From Octopus vulgaris (taxonomy: Eukaryota): a DNA stretch of 64,000 nucleotides. Each line of letters starts with the position of its first letter. Position 1 is the first letter of the stretch. The notes beneath the pieces are model-generated. The model worked only from the letters and a program-made list of their open reading frames with translations. It was not told the DNA's origin and did no database searches. The DNA is taken from NCBI GenBank assembly GCA_951406725.2, contig OX597823.1, positions 52,142,001 to 52,206,000 of the forward strand. The letters run 5' to 3'. The position numbers and the translations under genes were made by a program. Shown in pieces: positions 1-12,899 of this stretch.

Positions 1-395
1 GTAGTTAAATACAAACCAGAGTAAAGTGAATTTTGTAGGAAGAGACAATTGTAGTTTAACATTACTCCTAGCATTCCAGAGATATTTGTTTTGCTGTTTA
101 CCATTTTTTAAATGCCAAATAAAGAGGTATGATAATATATATATATATGTGTGTGGGTGTGTAGCTGCATATGGGTATATGATATGTGTGAATACATGTA
201 TACATATGAATACACAACTGTATATGTATTGCATGTGTTGATGTATTATATGCATGTAAATATATATATGTTGAAATATGGAAGCTTATTTATGGGTATC
301 AAAAGTAAAATTATCTGCCTATATACACACGTGTGTATGCACATATATATGCATATGTATGTATATATATATTTGTTTATATATATATCATCATC

Positions 396-466
<71 letters not shown>

Positions 467-697
467 ACAATTGCAGTATGGAAGGTGTTTATAAGCCATT
501 TAAAAAAAACACATGTAAATCATTAGATTCACTTCATTTAAATTTAATTTGTGTCAAAATATTTTCATCACTAGGAAACCGCGACTTGTTCACTGACAAA
601 ATTTCGTGCTTAAAAACACCTTCCATGCTGCAATGGTTTTTGTTTTAACATGCAATTTCAGATCAAGTCACTTGCTATGCAAGTACATCTTCATAAT
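467..697. mobile_element. PLE-like non-coding repeat with internal inversion
   Basis: Matches 49118-49313. Segment 608-697 is the reverse complement of the first part of that copy, so 470-496 and 608-634 form an inverted repeat. Flanked by (TA)n/(CA)n and (TG)n. Confidence 0.6.
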
Positions 698-799
698 ATG
701 TGTGTGTGTGTGTCTGTGTGGGCGTGTATGTATATATATATATATATGTATGTATGTATATATGTATGTATGTAACTATATATATATATATTCTAAATT

Positions 800-974
800 C
801 ACTCACTGGACAGTGGATTTGCAAGGGTACCACCTCGAAAGGTTAAGTTGATAGAACTAAATCCAGTATTTAATTTAAGTCTGGCACATATTCTATCTGT
901 GTCATTTTGCCAAACCACTAAGTTACAAGAATATAAACAAACTAACAGCATCTGTCCAGCAATGGCACACAGTT

Positions 975-1015
<41 letters not shown>

Positions 1016-1192
1016 TACACACATACAGTAGTTTTTCTGCATACTTCCTGTCTACCAAATTCACAAATAGGGTAGTGGGCAGCCTGGGGTTTACAGCAAA
1101 ATGCACTGGCCCAGGATACCATGCACTGAGACTGAACCTAAAATTATATGGTTGCAAAGTAATCTCCTTAACCACACTGCCAAATTCGTGCC
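800..1192 (-). mobile_element. Degenerate SINE family A
   Basis: Diverged match to the copy at 36161-36573, including the internal (CA)n and the tRNA-like head. Confidence 0.6.
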
Positions 1193-1211
1193 TCAAAAAT
1201 TAGATTAGTAT

Positions 1212-1431
1212 TTAACCCGTTAGCATTTAGATTACTTCATCAAATGATATGCCTACTTATTCAAATTGATTTGAATTAATTATTTATTATCTTGTAGCTT
1301 CTGGATTTCAAACGATGTGATTGTTTACTTTTAGAATGACATTGTAGGATAGGTGTGAGAGGCCACCTGGTTTGAACTTAAAACAGGTAGAACATTCAGA
1401 CTAGATATAGCCAGTTTAAATGCAATGGGTC
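1212..1431. mobile_element. piggyBac-like MITE
   Basis: Starts TTAACCCGTTAGCATT and ends AATGCAATGGGTCA. Homologous to 35797-36023, 37835-38012 and 58750-58973. Confidence 0.65.
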
Positions 1432-1726
1432 ACTGATGACCACTCACAGGTGCAATTTTACTATTTCCTCAACATGGGGTCATTTTGCTTACTGCAACCA
1501 ACCAACTAGACTAAATCGATCCTCTTCACTCAACCTACTCCTTGTGTGCTTCTAGTACAGGCACCTTATTGACATAGAAGATTGACTGCTAGGGCTCTTA
1601 TTCTGAAACCAACCAAATAGCCAACCAACCAACCAGACTTCCTGACAGCTAGATTACAGATTCATACTAAACTTCCCAACAGTATGTTGCTGTATGTGTA
1701 CATACATACACACATACACACATACA

Positions 1727-1757
<31 letters not shown>

Positions 1758-2084
1758 TTGTCAGTACCATTCATGTCCAAATTTGATTCATTTGAAGCTT
1801 CTATGCTGCTTAAACCTGGCGTGGCTCGGCAGGCCAAATCGAGAATGAAACAGTCTCAGATCTTGATTGCATGGCAAGGCAGGTGGTAGTCTTGGCTGGG
1901 TCTGGGCATTTCTGGCCTTCTTGTTGCCTTCTTTTTATTTCTTCTTAGTATATATATTTATTTATTATTTTTGAACAAGAATATTTTTGAGAGTGACTTT
2001 GAAGTTCCCACTAGTTAAGCCAATGTTATACTGCAATACACAGAAGTTAATCTTGGTTTTGTATAGTCTCTATTGAGTTAAAAT

Positions 2085-2402
2085 CTTTCGTGGAAGAGCC
2101 ATCCAACCAAAATGCAAATATATGGGAAACTACCACCTGTGTCATCTCTTGTGAAAGGTAGGAGAGTCCAGTTTGCTGAATTTTGTTGTAGAGCTGAAAA
2201 AGAGGTAATTTCTACTTTTCTCCTCTGGAAGCCATCTACTCGCAATACCAGAGGGCGCACACTCTCCTACCCTGATGTAATCTCCAGGGATACAGGCATC
2301 CAGCAACAGGACCTCCATAATGCCATGATGGACCGTGAAGTCTGGCGTAGCATGGTAAATTCCATTGTCTCGACCACGGTCGAACAATGAGGATGATGAT
2401 GA
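2085..2402 (+). pseudogene. 5'-truncated RTE-type LINE, ORF C-terminus and (TGA)n tail
   Basis: ORF 2112-2390 reads GKLPPVSSLVKGRRVQFA...LLWKP...RGRTLSYPDVI...MMDREVWR, typical of RTE-like C-termini, followed by a TGA repeat. Confidence 0.8.
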
Positions 2403-2864
2403 AAATCTTCCTTAGGTATGTGGATTTGAGAGGAGTAGTAATTATGTTTTTAGGGTGGGTTGTCATGGAGAGGTGTTTTGGAGAAGTTTTTACGGTTTAA
2501 ATTGAGAATAATGTTATTGTTTATAAAGATATATTCTTTCCATATAAGTAGAACTTTGCAAGCAAGTGTGCATATTTCGGTGTGTTCCTTTTGGTAGGTA
2601 CTTACAAGATATATCAGTAATTTAGTCATTTTTGGTTTTATTGGATTTAGTCCTTTACTTTGAATATTTAAAGGTCAAATGTACAAAGTACAATATTTAA
2701 AAACTTAGTAATTGGGTGTGTCAACATTTTTGTTAGGTTATTGTTTTGGTGTTCACAAAACCATGTAAATAGGTGGTATGTTTTAGCTGGTCAGTTTCTT
2801 GTTGTTGCTATTTAGGGGTTTTTATTTGGAAGGTAGGGGTTATAAGCCCCTATCCCACCCACCA

Positions 2865-2930
<66 letters not shown>

Positions 2931-2954
2931 TGAAAGAGAGAGAGAGAGAGAGAG

Positions 2955-3236
2955 AGTTTATGAGAGGTAATGGTGTCTTTGAGACCCAAAGGTGTCAGGT
3001 AATGCTGAATAAGTGCTATAGATAGACCATAGTTAAGTCCAGGTATGGTGATTATACAAAAAAGAGGTTCAACGTTGGTCATATGTCAGCATGTGTGTAT
3101 AAAATTGTTTTTTTTATGTAATGAGATAAAGAACCAAGGGTGTGTAGATTTTAGAAATTTTATAGATAGAAGGTCTTACAGCTCTAAAATCTACACAGCC
3201 TTGGTTCTTTATGTCATTACGAAAAAAAAATTATAT
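2955..3236 (-). mobile_element. PLE pseudo-LTR-like fragment with 5' inversion
   Basis: 2955-3183 is the reverse complement of 20293-20520. 3183-3236 is an inverted copy of about 3100-3155. Confidence 0.75.
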
Positions 3237-3237
3237 A

Positions 3238-3302
<65 letters not shown>

Positions 3303-3343
3303 ATATATGTATGTATGTATATGTATGTATGCATGTATGTATG

Positions 3344-3375
<32 letters not shown>

Positions 3376-4319
3376 TATATGTATGTATATCTATATGTAT
3401 GTATGTATGTATATATATATATATATGTATGTATATATGTATATATATATGTATGTATGTATATGTCTATATATATATATATATATAAAACATTTAATTC
3501 AAGAAGATGGATTGAACAGACTTTTATTACATATCATGTTAATCATTTCAACACATCATTAGCAGCTGTTACTTGCTGAATGTTATATGAAAGTATACTC
3601 AGTATTGTATTAATATGAATAAACAATAGCTGTATAGATAAGCAAGGTCAAAGCACTGTTATATCACCTTAAGTTTCCCCACATATTATACCCATACCAA
3701 AATACTAATTTTTGTAAATAGATATGGGTGTATAAAGGATAAAGTCAAGAGATGTGACAAGTGAACATAAATTTATCTATCCATATGACTTCCATATAAT
3801 TAAAGCCATTCTATAACTTTCTTCATGTAGACCTAATTTCGTTATGCTTATGTATGGATGTACTTGACGTGACTCAGACTGCAAAATGGATGCAACACAA
3901 CATGTTGCAGGGAGTCCCAGACATAATGGACAGTAGCAAAATGAGTCGAAATGATCATCATATAAAGTAAAGGCTAACACCAAATCCATCATCTGATTTC
4001 TTAATTATTATATATCATCATCATCATCATCATCATCGTTGTTGTTTAATGTCTGCCCTTCCATACTGGCATTTATATATAAAGAGGGTTGTGTACTATG
4101 CCTTGATCTGAGCATAGGACGGAGCTCACCTCTCTGAACTGAGAAATGAATGAAATGCCTGGTGTGTGTCTTGTTGTGGCTACCCCCACCTAAAAAGATG
4201 GGGAATAGGCCTGGGTATATGTATTTATGAGTGTGTGTATACTGTAACATATACATACATACATACACACATATCTATCTCTCTTTCTATTTATCTATCT
4301 ATCTATCTCTATATGTGTG

Positions 4320-4740
4320 TGTAAGTGTAAAAAGAAGGATTTCGCATACACAATAAAACTTATATACAGCAAGAAACAAGATTAATTATGTAATTAACTA
4401 TTAAGTTACTATCCATATTTATTACTAGTTAATTAACAGATTTATAATACAATTTCAGCCCTTCAGAATTTTTAAAAACAAGTAAATTAAATCTGCTAGA
4501 AGACTGATTTTATAATTTTTTGAGAGAAAATTATGTTAAAGAGAAAGAAAAAAGTAAAGAATAGAGAATAATGGAAAAGAAAGGAAAATGGAAAAGATAA
4601 GAAGGCAAACACTTTTTCTTGGACCAGAGAAATGAAAAGTGTTAAACTGTTTTTTTAAAGAATTTATTTGGAGACGATTTTCAAATTAAAAGGTAATTCT
4701 TTTCAAAACACATAAATTGTGACAAGCAGGGTCAGATTCT
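4320..4740 (-). mobile_element. Possible decayed PLE fragment
   Basis: Minus strand gives CHNLCV then, after a frameshift, EKNYLLI, loosely like the PLE C-terminal CxLCxxEK motif. Hairpin at about 4455-4506. Confidence 0.3.
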
Positions 4741-4779
4741 TCTTTATTTTTGTAACCTAATAACAATGATAAACAATTC

Positions 4780-5130
4780 AAATTTAACCTTGTAGATTTA
4801 CATTGGCCAAAATTTTCTACTAAGTGTAGCTTTGCTCAATGTGACCTAATTTGTCCTGCAAGTCATCCAATTTGACCCAACTTGTCTAGCTTTGCTCAAT
4901 TTGTCTAGCTTGTCTAGCTTTAATTAATTTGACCTAGTTTGTCTACTTTCATTACTTTGTCTAACTTTAGTCATTTTCACTTAATTCATCTCTGATTTTG
5001 GTCAAAGTGAGGTAATTTGTCTAGCTTTCATTAGTGTGACCCAGTTTGTTTAGCTTCAGCAAATTTGACCTAATTTGTCTAGCTTTGGTGAAAGTGACCT
5101 AATTTCTCCAGCTTTGGTCAACTCAACCTA
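4780..5130. repeat. Diverged ~29-bp minisatellite
   Basis: Roughly ten degenerate copies of AATTTGACCTAATTTGTCTAGCTTTGGTC. Confidence 0.8.
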
Positions 5131-6719
5131 TATTGCTTTTATTTTTGGAATCTTCCAGAAGAGTAGAATCACTTAATGAAATAAAAGACTGATAATAACA
5201 GTTATATGTTATTGTAATTTTTAATTATTACTCTTAAAAAAGATGATGTGAGGAACTGGGATAAGAAACATATTCATGCTATATATATGTATATATATAT
5301 CCCATCTATTGTTTTATTGGTTCTACTCATTGGATTGTGGGTCTATGCTGGGACCCACATTTACAGTAAGGCCAATTAAATCACTTATACCCCAGTACTT
5401 TATTTAATTTATCAATTTTGGGAAGATGAAAGGCAAACTCGATTTTGGCAGGCTTTCAAGTTAGAACATAAAAAACGGTAATGAAGCGCAACAAATTATT
5501 TTGACTGACACTTTACCGATTCCAGCTTTTACCACCATCCCCTACCATTAGGTAAATATTCTTATACATGCACATTGTTATTCTTACATACATAAATTTA
5601 TGTTTGCAAACACACAACCTCTTAAACATATATATATATATATAGATAGATAGATAGATAGATACATACATACATACATACATACATACCTACATATATA
5701 CATACATACATACATACATAAATATATTGTCTTATTATACATATGTACATGTATCACATATGCCCACATGTTTGTATAGTCTTACAAATACATTTATACA
5801 TCGAATAAATGTGTTTATGTAAATCATATTCAATACGTTTGATAAACATATATTTAGTCTTACTGTGAAAATATAACATGCAGACAAACCTCAGGAGCTT
5901 TGGCAGCTAAAAGAGAAAAGCGTGTTGCTCACATTTATTCATAACTGTGTGTGGTGTGTTTGTGTTTTTGCTATTTGTATGTAGATATTCGTATATTTGT
6001 ATAGCTACATACACAGACTCGTGCAGACACACATATACTTACACACTCACACATAACATGCAGTAAAGAGCAATTGATAATATAAATGGGTTTTCATGAT
6101 TCTACACCATTAGTTGTAAACCTTAATCTTGTCTAGCCGTACCTTTTGAGCAGTTTGACTAAAAACACTTTAGGAAATTGAAACACATGGATAGCATTTG
6201 TAATCAATACCCGTTACTCTATACATAAATAAAGTCTCTTATGGGTACATAATCCTCAATTTTATTATTCTGTTACTCTGTTATCATTCTTTTTCATTTA
6301 AAAAGTAAATACATAAATAGAAAGGAACAGCCGACAGATTCTTGGTGGGTATTTACCTCTGTTTATTGAACAGTATACTCCGAACAAAATATATTAATAT
6401 GTTTATAATGCCTTCCTTCTGTGACCCATGCATTGACAGGGCAACACTTTGAAGTCATATCTGACACATCACCTTTTTTTTAAATACCAAACCATAATGC
6501 CAGAATATCAAGCTGACAATTACATACTACATGTCATGGTTAATATTGATCAAAATTATATTTTATATATAAGACACAAGCATAGCTGTGTGGTAAGAAG
6601 CTCAATCTGAAGCACACGGTCTCTGGTTCAGTTCTACTGCATGGCACCTTGGGCAAAGTTTTGTTAATGAATATGATAGATGGAAACTGAGAAAGCCTGT
6701 TGTGTGTGCGTGTGTATGT

Positions 6720-7520
6720 ATTCAGTTGAAGTGATGCCTGCAGACGCAAGAACATCTGTCTGGGGTATAGAAGCCCGATTTAATATTTAAAATGTGGTGA
6801 AGTCATATTTGGTGGAATTGTTCCAACAATCTGAAATGTTTTTCATAACACATCCATTTTTCAGGAGAATACAACAGGGATGGTAAGACAAACGATCTGT
6901 AAAGATCCACTTTTGTGTTGTTATTTATATGTCACTGGAGCCAAATGCATGACTCTAAACCACCAAATGCTTGTGCTGCCCTTTGAATTCATAGAGGCAT
7001 TTCTGTGCCCAGATTTCCATCATTTTGTACAGAGCTTCCAAGGTAAATGAGTCAACAATCTCATGTAACTTCCCTTTAACAAAAATTTTAGGTGGGGTTA
7101 CAAACAGCACCACGTGCAAGCTGAAACATTACAGCTGTTTGTTTTAGGTTGATGGTCAAGCCAAAATCATCATACGCTGTGTCAAATGCAGATACAAGAG
7201 ATTGCAGGCCTGTTTCAGAGTAACTGACTAGATCGCAATCGTCAACATATAAGAATTCCCTAATGAGTCAAGTAAAAACCTTTGTTTTGAATTTCAGTCT
7301 AGTCAGATTAAAAATATTCCCAGTTGTTCAATATTTTATGTAAATACCCTCCTTGGAGTTTTGAAAAGTATGTGATAGCACAATGGCAAAGTATATTGCA
7401 AAGAGGGTGGGTGTATCAAGGTCTCCTTGCTTTACTCCATTTTCCACAGCAAAAGATTCAGAGAGCCTACCACCAAAATTAACTCTAGTCTTCATATCTT
7501 GATGCAAAACCTTGATCATG
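6720..7520 (-). pseudogene. RTE-BovB-like LINE reverse transcriptase remnant
   Basis: ORF 7328-7561 reads SESFAVENGVKQGD..TPTLFAIYF. Downstream TATGTTGACGAT gives YVDD. Contains stops and frameshifts. Confidence 0.85.
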
Positions 7521-7616
7521 TGTGTGTATATACATACATACGTACGTACGTATGTATGCATGTATATATATTCACATATATGTGTGTGTATGTGTATGTG
7601 TGTGTGTGTGTGTGTA

Positions 7617-7659
<43 letters not shown>

Positions 7660-7682
7660 TTATTTATTATATATATATATAT

Positions 7683-8071
7683 TCTTTCATTCTTTTACTT
7701 GTTTCAGTCACTTAATTGTAGCCATGCTAGAGCACCACCTTTAGTTGAACAAATCAACCCCAGGACTTATTCTTTGTAAGCCTAGTACTTATTCTATTGG
7801 CCTCTTTTGCCAAACCATTAAGTTATTGAGATGTAAACACGCTAATGTTGGCTGTCAAGCAATGGTGGTGGGGATGAACACAGACACACAAACATATACA
7901 TATATATATGGTGGGCTTTTTTCAGTTTCCATCTACCAAATCCACTCACAAGACTTTGGTCAACCCGAGGCTATAGCAGAAGACACTTTCCCAAAGTGCC
8001 ATGCAATGGGTCTGAACATGGAACCATGTGGTTGGGAAGCAAGCTTCTAACCACACAGCTATGCCTGCACC

Positions 8072-8072
<1 letters not shown>
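7683..8072 (-). mobile_element. SINE family A
   Basis: Full-length match to 36161-36573. Confidence 0.85.
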
Positions 8073-8118
<46 letters not shown>

Positions 8119-8458
8119 GTATGTATGTATGTATGTATGTATGTATACATACACACATATATGAGAGGTTTCTTTGTGTGTGTGTGTGAATGTGTGCTTT
8201 ACTGTTTCATTGCCTTGACTTTATGTGATTGCTGTAAACAACATACAAATGGTGTCCTTCATTTCCAATCTTATGTGAAAACTTCTGCTGTGGAGTATGG
8301 GTCTTGTTGAGTACATCAAGGTGTTATAATCTAAAATGAAATTTATAATTTCAGGTAGACAGGTGCCATCCGGTAACTGAAGCAAGTAAAAGATAAAAGC
8401 TACTTGCCCAGGATGTTATAAAAGCCAAACATGGAGGGTGGTGGATTGCTATGTATTC

Positions 8459-8670
8459 CCATATTTTCTGGCATATGAGTCAAAATCTTCTGACTAAAAT
8501 TTACAGCCAAAAAAAAAAAAAAGGGTAGGTTTGCTAACATGCCAAAATGATTTTGGAAGATAAAAAATTTTGTTTTGCAGCAGGATTTGAAATGATAATG
8601 AAAATATTTGAATGTTTACACTATATATTTACACCATGTACTATGTTAACTTATATGCTAGGAAATACAG
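8459..8670. mobile_element. Tc1/pogo-type MITE
   Basis: Ends CCATATTTTCTG...GGAAATACAG-TA. Homologous to 41059-41250. Confidence 0.6.
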
Positions 8671-8679
8671 TAGCTAAGG

Positions 8680-8890
8680 AAAGTTGGCAGAATCATAAGC
8701 ACACCAGGCAAGATAGTTAGTGGCATTTCTTCCAACTTGGCGTTCTGAGTTCAAATTCCACTGAGGTTGATTTTGACTCTCATTCTTTCAGAATTGATAA
8801 AATAAATACCAGTTGAGCACTGGGTTTGATGTAATCAACTTCTTCCTTCCTGAAATATTGTTGACCTTGTGTCAAAATTTAATACCAATA
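8680..8890 (+). mobile_element. SINE family C
   Basis: B-box-like GAGTTCAAATTCC, followed by the shared CATTCTTTC...GATAAAATAAATACCAG body. Confidence 0.7.
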
Positions 8891-9531
8891 TATCAGCACT
8901 ATGCTGTACACAGTCAAAAAAAATAAAGCCTCACTAAAATTCCTCTAATACTGTAGGGTCATACATAGTTTTCTTTAGTAAGATTAGCAATAGTCTCCAT
9001 ATTTTGCTGCCTTAATATTTTTTTAAACTTAAATTGATTGATTTTATTGGATCTGTCTTCTTTGTCTGTTGTTTTTAGATTCTAGGTACCCAGTAATGGG
9101 AGTTTTTGTTTACCAGTTGCCTGGATAATCTCAGTTAATCAAAACTTTTCCCCTCACTACATTAATTCTGAGAGATCCTGCAGTATTTGTACTTAGTATG
9201 CAGAATGTTCTCCTTGAGATATTTTCATTCTGCTATATTGCTAAAATTATTCTTCTTTACATCCTGGCCGCAGAACTTTTAAGAAAAGGGAAAAACAATT
9301 CACTCGTGGAGTGCCAAACTAACTGAAAACTAATGAGTCTTTTGTGTTGATTTACAGGCAAATCCTCTCACACAAGAAGAATAAATGAATGACCTAATTG
9401 GAAGCTGATTAGGCAATTATGTAAATGCTAGAATACATTAAAGATGGTTGTAACAAGTAAGCAAGTTTTCTGCAGTTTTTAAATTAGTTATTGATTACTC
9501 GAACTTAAAACAACATGATTTGAATACTTAC

Positions 9532-9558
9532 CGTTGTACACAAATTTAGGCAACAGAG
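9532..9558 (-). CDS. Candidate 27-nt microexon
   Basis: Long polypyrimidine tract plus TTTAG acceptor, exon CTCTGTTGCCTAAATTTGTGTACAACG, donor GTAAGT. Open as xLLPKFVYNx (phase 1) or LCCLNLCTT (phase 0). Confidence 0.5.
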
Positions 9559-10356
9559 CTAAAGAAAAAAGAAAAGAAAAAGAAAAAAACAAAAATAAAA
9601 AGCAGAAAAAAAAAGACAAAAGGTTGTTTATATGACAGAACAGACTTACAAATGACAAAATAATATTTCCACAAGATATTTACTAATATCCTGACTCGTG
9701 AACTCAATTGCAGGGTTCATTATACTGTTGCCATTCACTCGACTTATCCAGTTTTAGAAGATAAAGATTAGTAGATGTTGCAGCATTAATACAAAATAGA
9801 TGCATTTATTCATGTTTATAAAGAAAGCATAAGGACAGCATCTAATGTGGGTATATTCAGATGAAAATTATCAATTAATAACACGCGACATTTCTGGAAT
9901 GAGAGATATGGACAAAAGATTGTTCACTTGGTGGGATCATGTGAAAATGAGGATGGCTTTTTACAATAATCTTGCTATTAGAAGCAGGAAAGATTTCTTT
10001 CCTTCTGCAAGAATGGAATATTTTCTTTGAATCTTTTCAGAACAAATTCATCCACACATTTGGAATACAACTGTTTCAGTTGAATTGTTAATAGTTAATT
10101 CCTTATGCTTCTCTATTTCTATTAATCTTTCACTCATTCTGAATCCCTCTCTCTTTTTCATATATGTATATACATATGGATACATATATATATATTCACA
10201 TACATGTATCTTTGTTGTGCATATATGTATCCACATGTATATATATATGTGTGTATATTATTATTATACATGCATGTGTATTACACATACACATGCATGT
10301 ATATGAGTATATATATATATATTAATGTATGAAAAATATATGTACACATGTGTATA

Positions 10357-10408
<52 letters not shown>

Positions 10409-10543
10409 TATATGAATATTTACATACATATATTCAATGCATTCATCGTATCGTTATAGTGAGTATATGGTGGTTTTTGGAAGATTCACTCTGATTTTAA
10501 CAAGTGGTATTATATACCTTACTGAATTTATATATATATATAT

Positions 10544-10596
<53 letters not shown>

Positions 10597-10734
10597 ATAT
10601 ATTCAAGGACAAATTCAGATCAGCTAAGACAGAATAAGACAGACCGACAGACTGACAAACAGACATGATAAGGTAGAGACCAAGAGATAGGGAGGGACGT
10701 GGACAGACAAAATATTTAAGAGACAAGTGCATAT

Positions 10735-11052
10735 ATCATCATCATCATCATCACCTTTTAACGTTCACTTTCCATGTTGGCATGGGTTAGGTAGTTTGAT
10801 TAGTACTGGTAAGCCAGAAAGCTGCACCAGGTTCCAGTCTGGTTTGGCATGGTTTCTACAGCTAGATACCCTTCCTAATGCCAACCACTCCGAGAGGGCA
10901 ATGAGTGCCTTTTACGTGACTCCATCACAGGTACCATTTAGATGACACTGTTAATGGTCATGATTACTGTTTCACTTGGCTTGATGAGTCTCTTCAAGTA
11001 CAGCACATCACCAAGGTCTTGGTCCCTTGTCATTGCCTCCGTGAGGCCCAAC
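10735..11052 (-). mobile_element. 3' end of an RTE-like LINE with (GAT)n tail
   Basis: Minus strand gives LGLTEAMTRDQDL, then a UTR with GGTTGGCATTAGGAAGGGTATC also seen at 16570-16700, 38260-38605, 45085-45260 and 52900-53030. Confidence 0.65.
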
Positions 11053-11082
11053 AAGATGTATGTAGGTATGTATGTATGTATG

Positions 11083-11142
<60 letters not shown>

Positions 11143-11252
11143 TATGTATGTATCTATGTATGTATACCACTTAATAATCTGAATGGAAGTAATACAAGCA
11201 GAAACTAGAGGAACATAATTAATGACCTCACCCAAAATCAAATATGTATATT

Positions 11253-11651
11253 ACTCTTTTACTCTTTTACTTGTTTCAGTCATTTGACTGCGGCCATGCT
11301 GGAGCACCGCCTTTAGTCGAGCAAATCGACCCCGGGACTTATTCTTTGTAAGCCCAGTACTTATTCTATCGGTCTCTTTTGCCGAACTGCTAAGTGACGG
11401 GGACGTAAACACACCAGCATCGGTTGTCAAGCAATGCTAGGGGGACAACACACAAACATATACACACACGCTTATATATATATATACATATATACGACAG
11501 GCTTCTTTCAGTTTTCCGTCTACCAAATCCACTCACAAGGCATTGGTCGGCCCGGGGCTATAGCAGAAGACACTTGCCTAAGATGCCACGCAGTGGGACT
11601 GAACCCGGAACCATGTGGTTGGTTAGCAAGCTACTTACCACACATCCACTC
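11253..11651 (-). mobile_element. SINE family A (young copy)
   Basis: Near-identical to 36161-36573, with (GTAAAAGA)n tail. Confidence 0.9.
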
Positions 11652-12134
11652 ATATTCTTGTACATTTATAAAATGGATATAAAAATTCCAAATATATAAG
11701 TATGAAAATACATATAAATAGATAAATATCGATATATAAAACACAGTGAATTTTAGATTTAAAAGTTATAATACAATGGTATAATAAAAATTTGATATGA
11801 TAAAACATTAAAAGTACGTACTAAAATACCATGGAAATATTACAAAAATTTCAAAAATTTTTTCATTTAAATTTAAACTCACATACACACGTAATGTATT
11901 TTCCATTATCAAACTATTATTACATGTTGATAGGAACCAACCATAGATTTGTAAATGTAATGGGGAGGGGGGGAATCAAAAGAATTATTAATCTTTTGAA
12001 GATTGTCTAAGACATTCTAATTATTTATACAGTTGATTACCCACCTCTCCTATATAATTACTTACTTGCATATTCCTATGTCTTACCACATGAATTTATA
12101 TATGTGTGTGAATGTGTGTGTGTGTGTATGTGTG

Positions 12135-12790
12135 TATGACAAAAGGTGATCTTAAGAAAGAGATAGAAAGTTTGTTGCAGACTGCTCAGGATCAAACACT
12201 AAACACAAAAGTGATAAGGAATGTGCATAAACCAGATGAAACAGTTAAGTGTAGGTTTTGTGGGAAGAATATGGAAAAGTGTGACACACATCGTGAGTAC
12301 TTGACATGCTTCTGCAGAGAGAATATAAAGGTATCTCAATACAGTGTGCTTACACTTCCTCTAGTCTTTATGCAGGAAATATGGGTTTCCGACCAGAGAA
12401 AAAGTATGTCACAAACCAGAGGAGATCCTAGAAAATCAATCTGTGAAACTCTTAGGGTCTTTACAATCCAGAGTTCTTGAACATACAAGGCCAGACATAA
12501 TTTTGTTGGTGAAAGGTATTGTAAGGAGATGTTTGTTGATTGATGTAGCTTGCTCAGGAGATCATTATATCAATGATAATGGAAACAAGTAAAAAATATG
12601 CAAACTTGAGAATAGATGTCAAAAGAACGTGGAATATGAAAGCAAGAGTGATACCAGTTGTAACTGGAGAAAGTGGGTCAGTGATGAGAGCCTTCAGAAG
12701 CACCTTGACACAACTGGAATTTGTCCCAGCATTATCACATTGTGGAAGGCAACACTTTTGAGACCAGTAAAATATCCCATGGAAAGTGCT
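12135..12790 (+). pseudogene. R4/Dong-like non-LTR element remnant (zinc knuckle and restriction-like endonuclease)
   Basis: AQDQTLNT..KCRFCGK...H, then RPDII...LIDVAC...KKYANL...VIPVVTG, with frameshifts. Confidence 0.8.
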
Positions 12791-12899
12791 GCTTCTCTGA
12801 TGTTACACAATTTGAGAGGGAATCAACTAAACAATTCAGTGTTAACAAGATTGTCACTGTGCAAATGAAGGAATTGGTGCGCTTATAATCACAGGAACA

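Noticed and set aside
1433-1460. Isolated CTGATGA matches (also ~14150, 59942, 60308, 63008)
   Set aside because: No stem II plus GAAA arrangement.
4780-5130. CRISPR-like array
   Set aside because: Contiguous degenerate tandem units without unique spacers, in a eukaryotic context with no cas genes.
11424-11699. Recurrent ORF MSSNARG...RLPNPLTR...TEPGTMWL
   Set aside because: Antisense translation of SINE A. Recurrence reflects the repeat, not a gene family.
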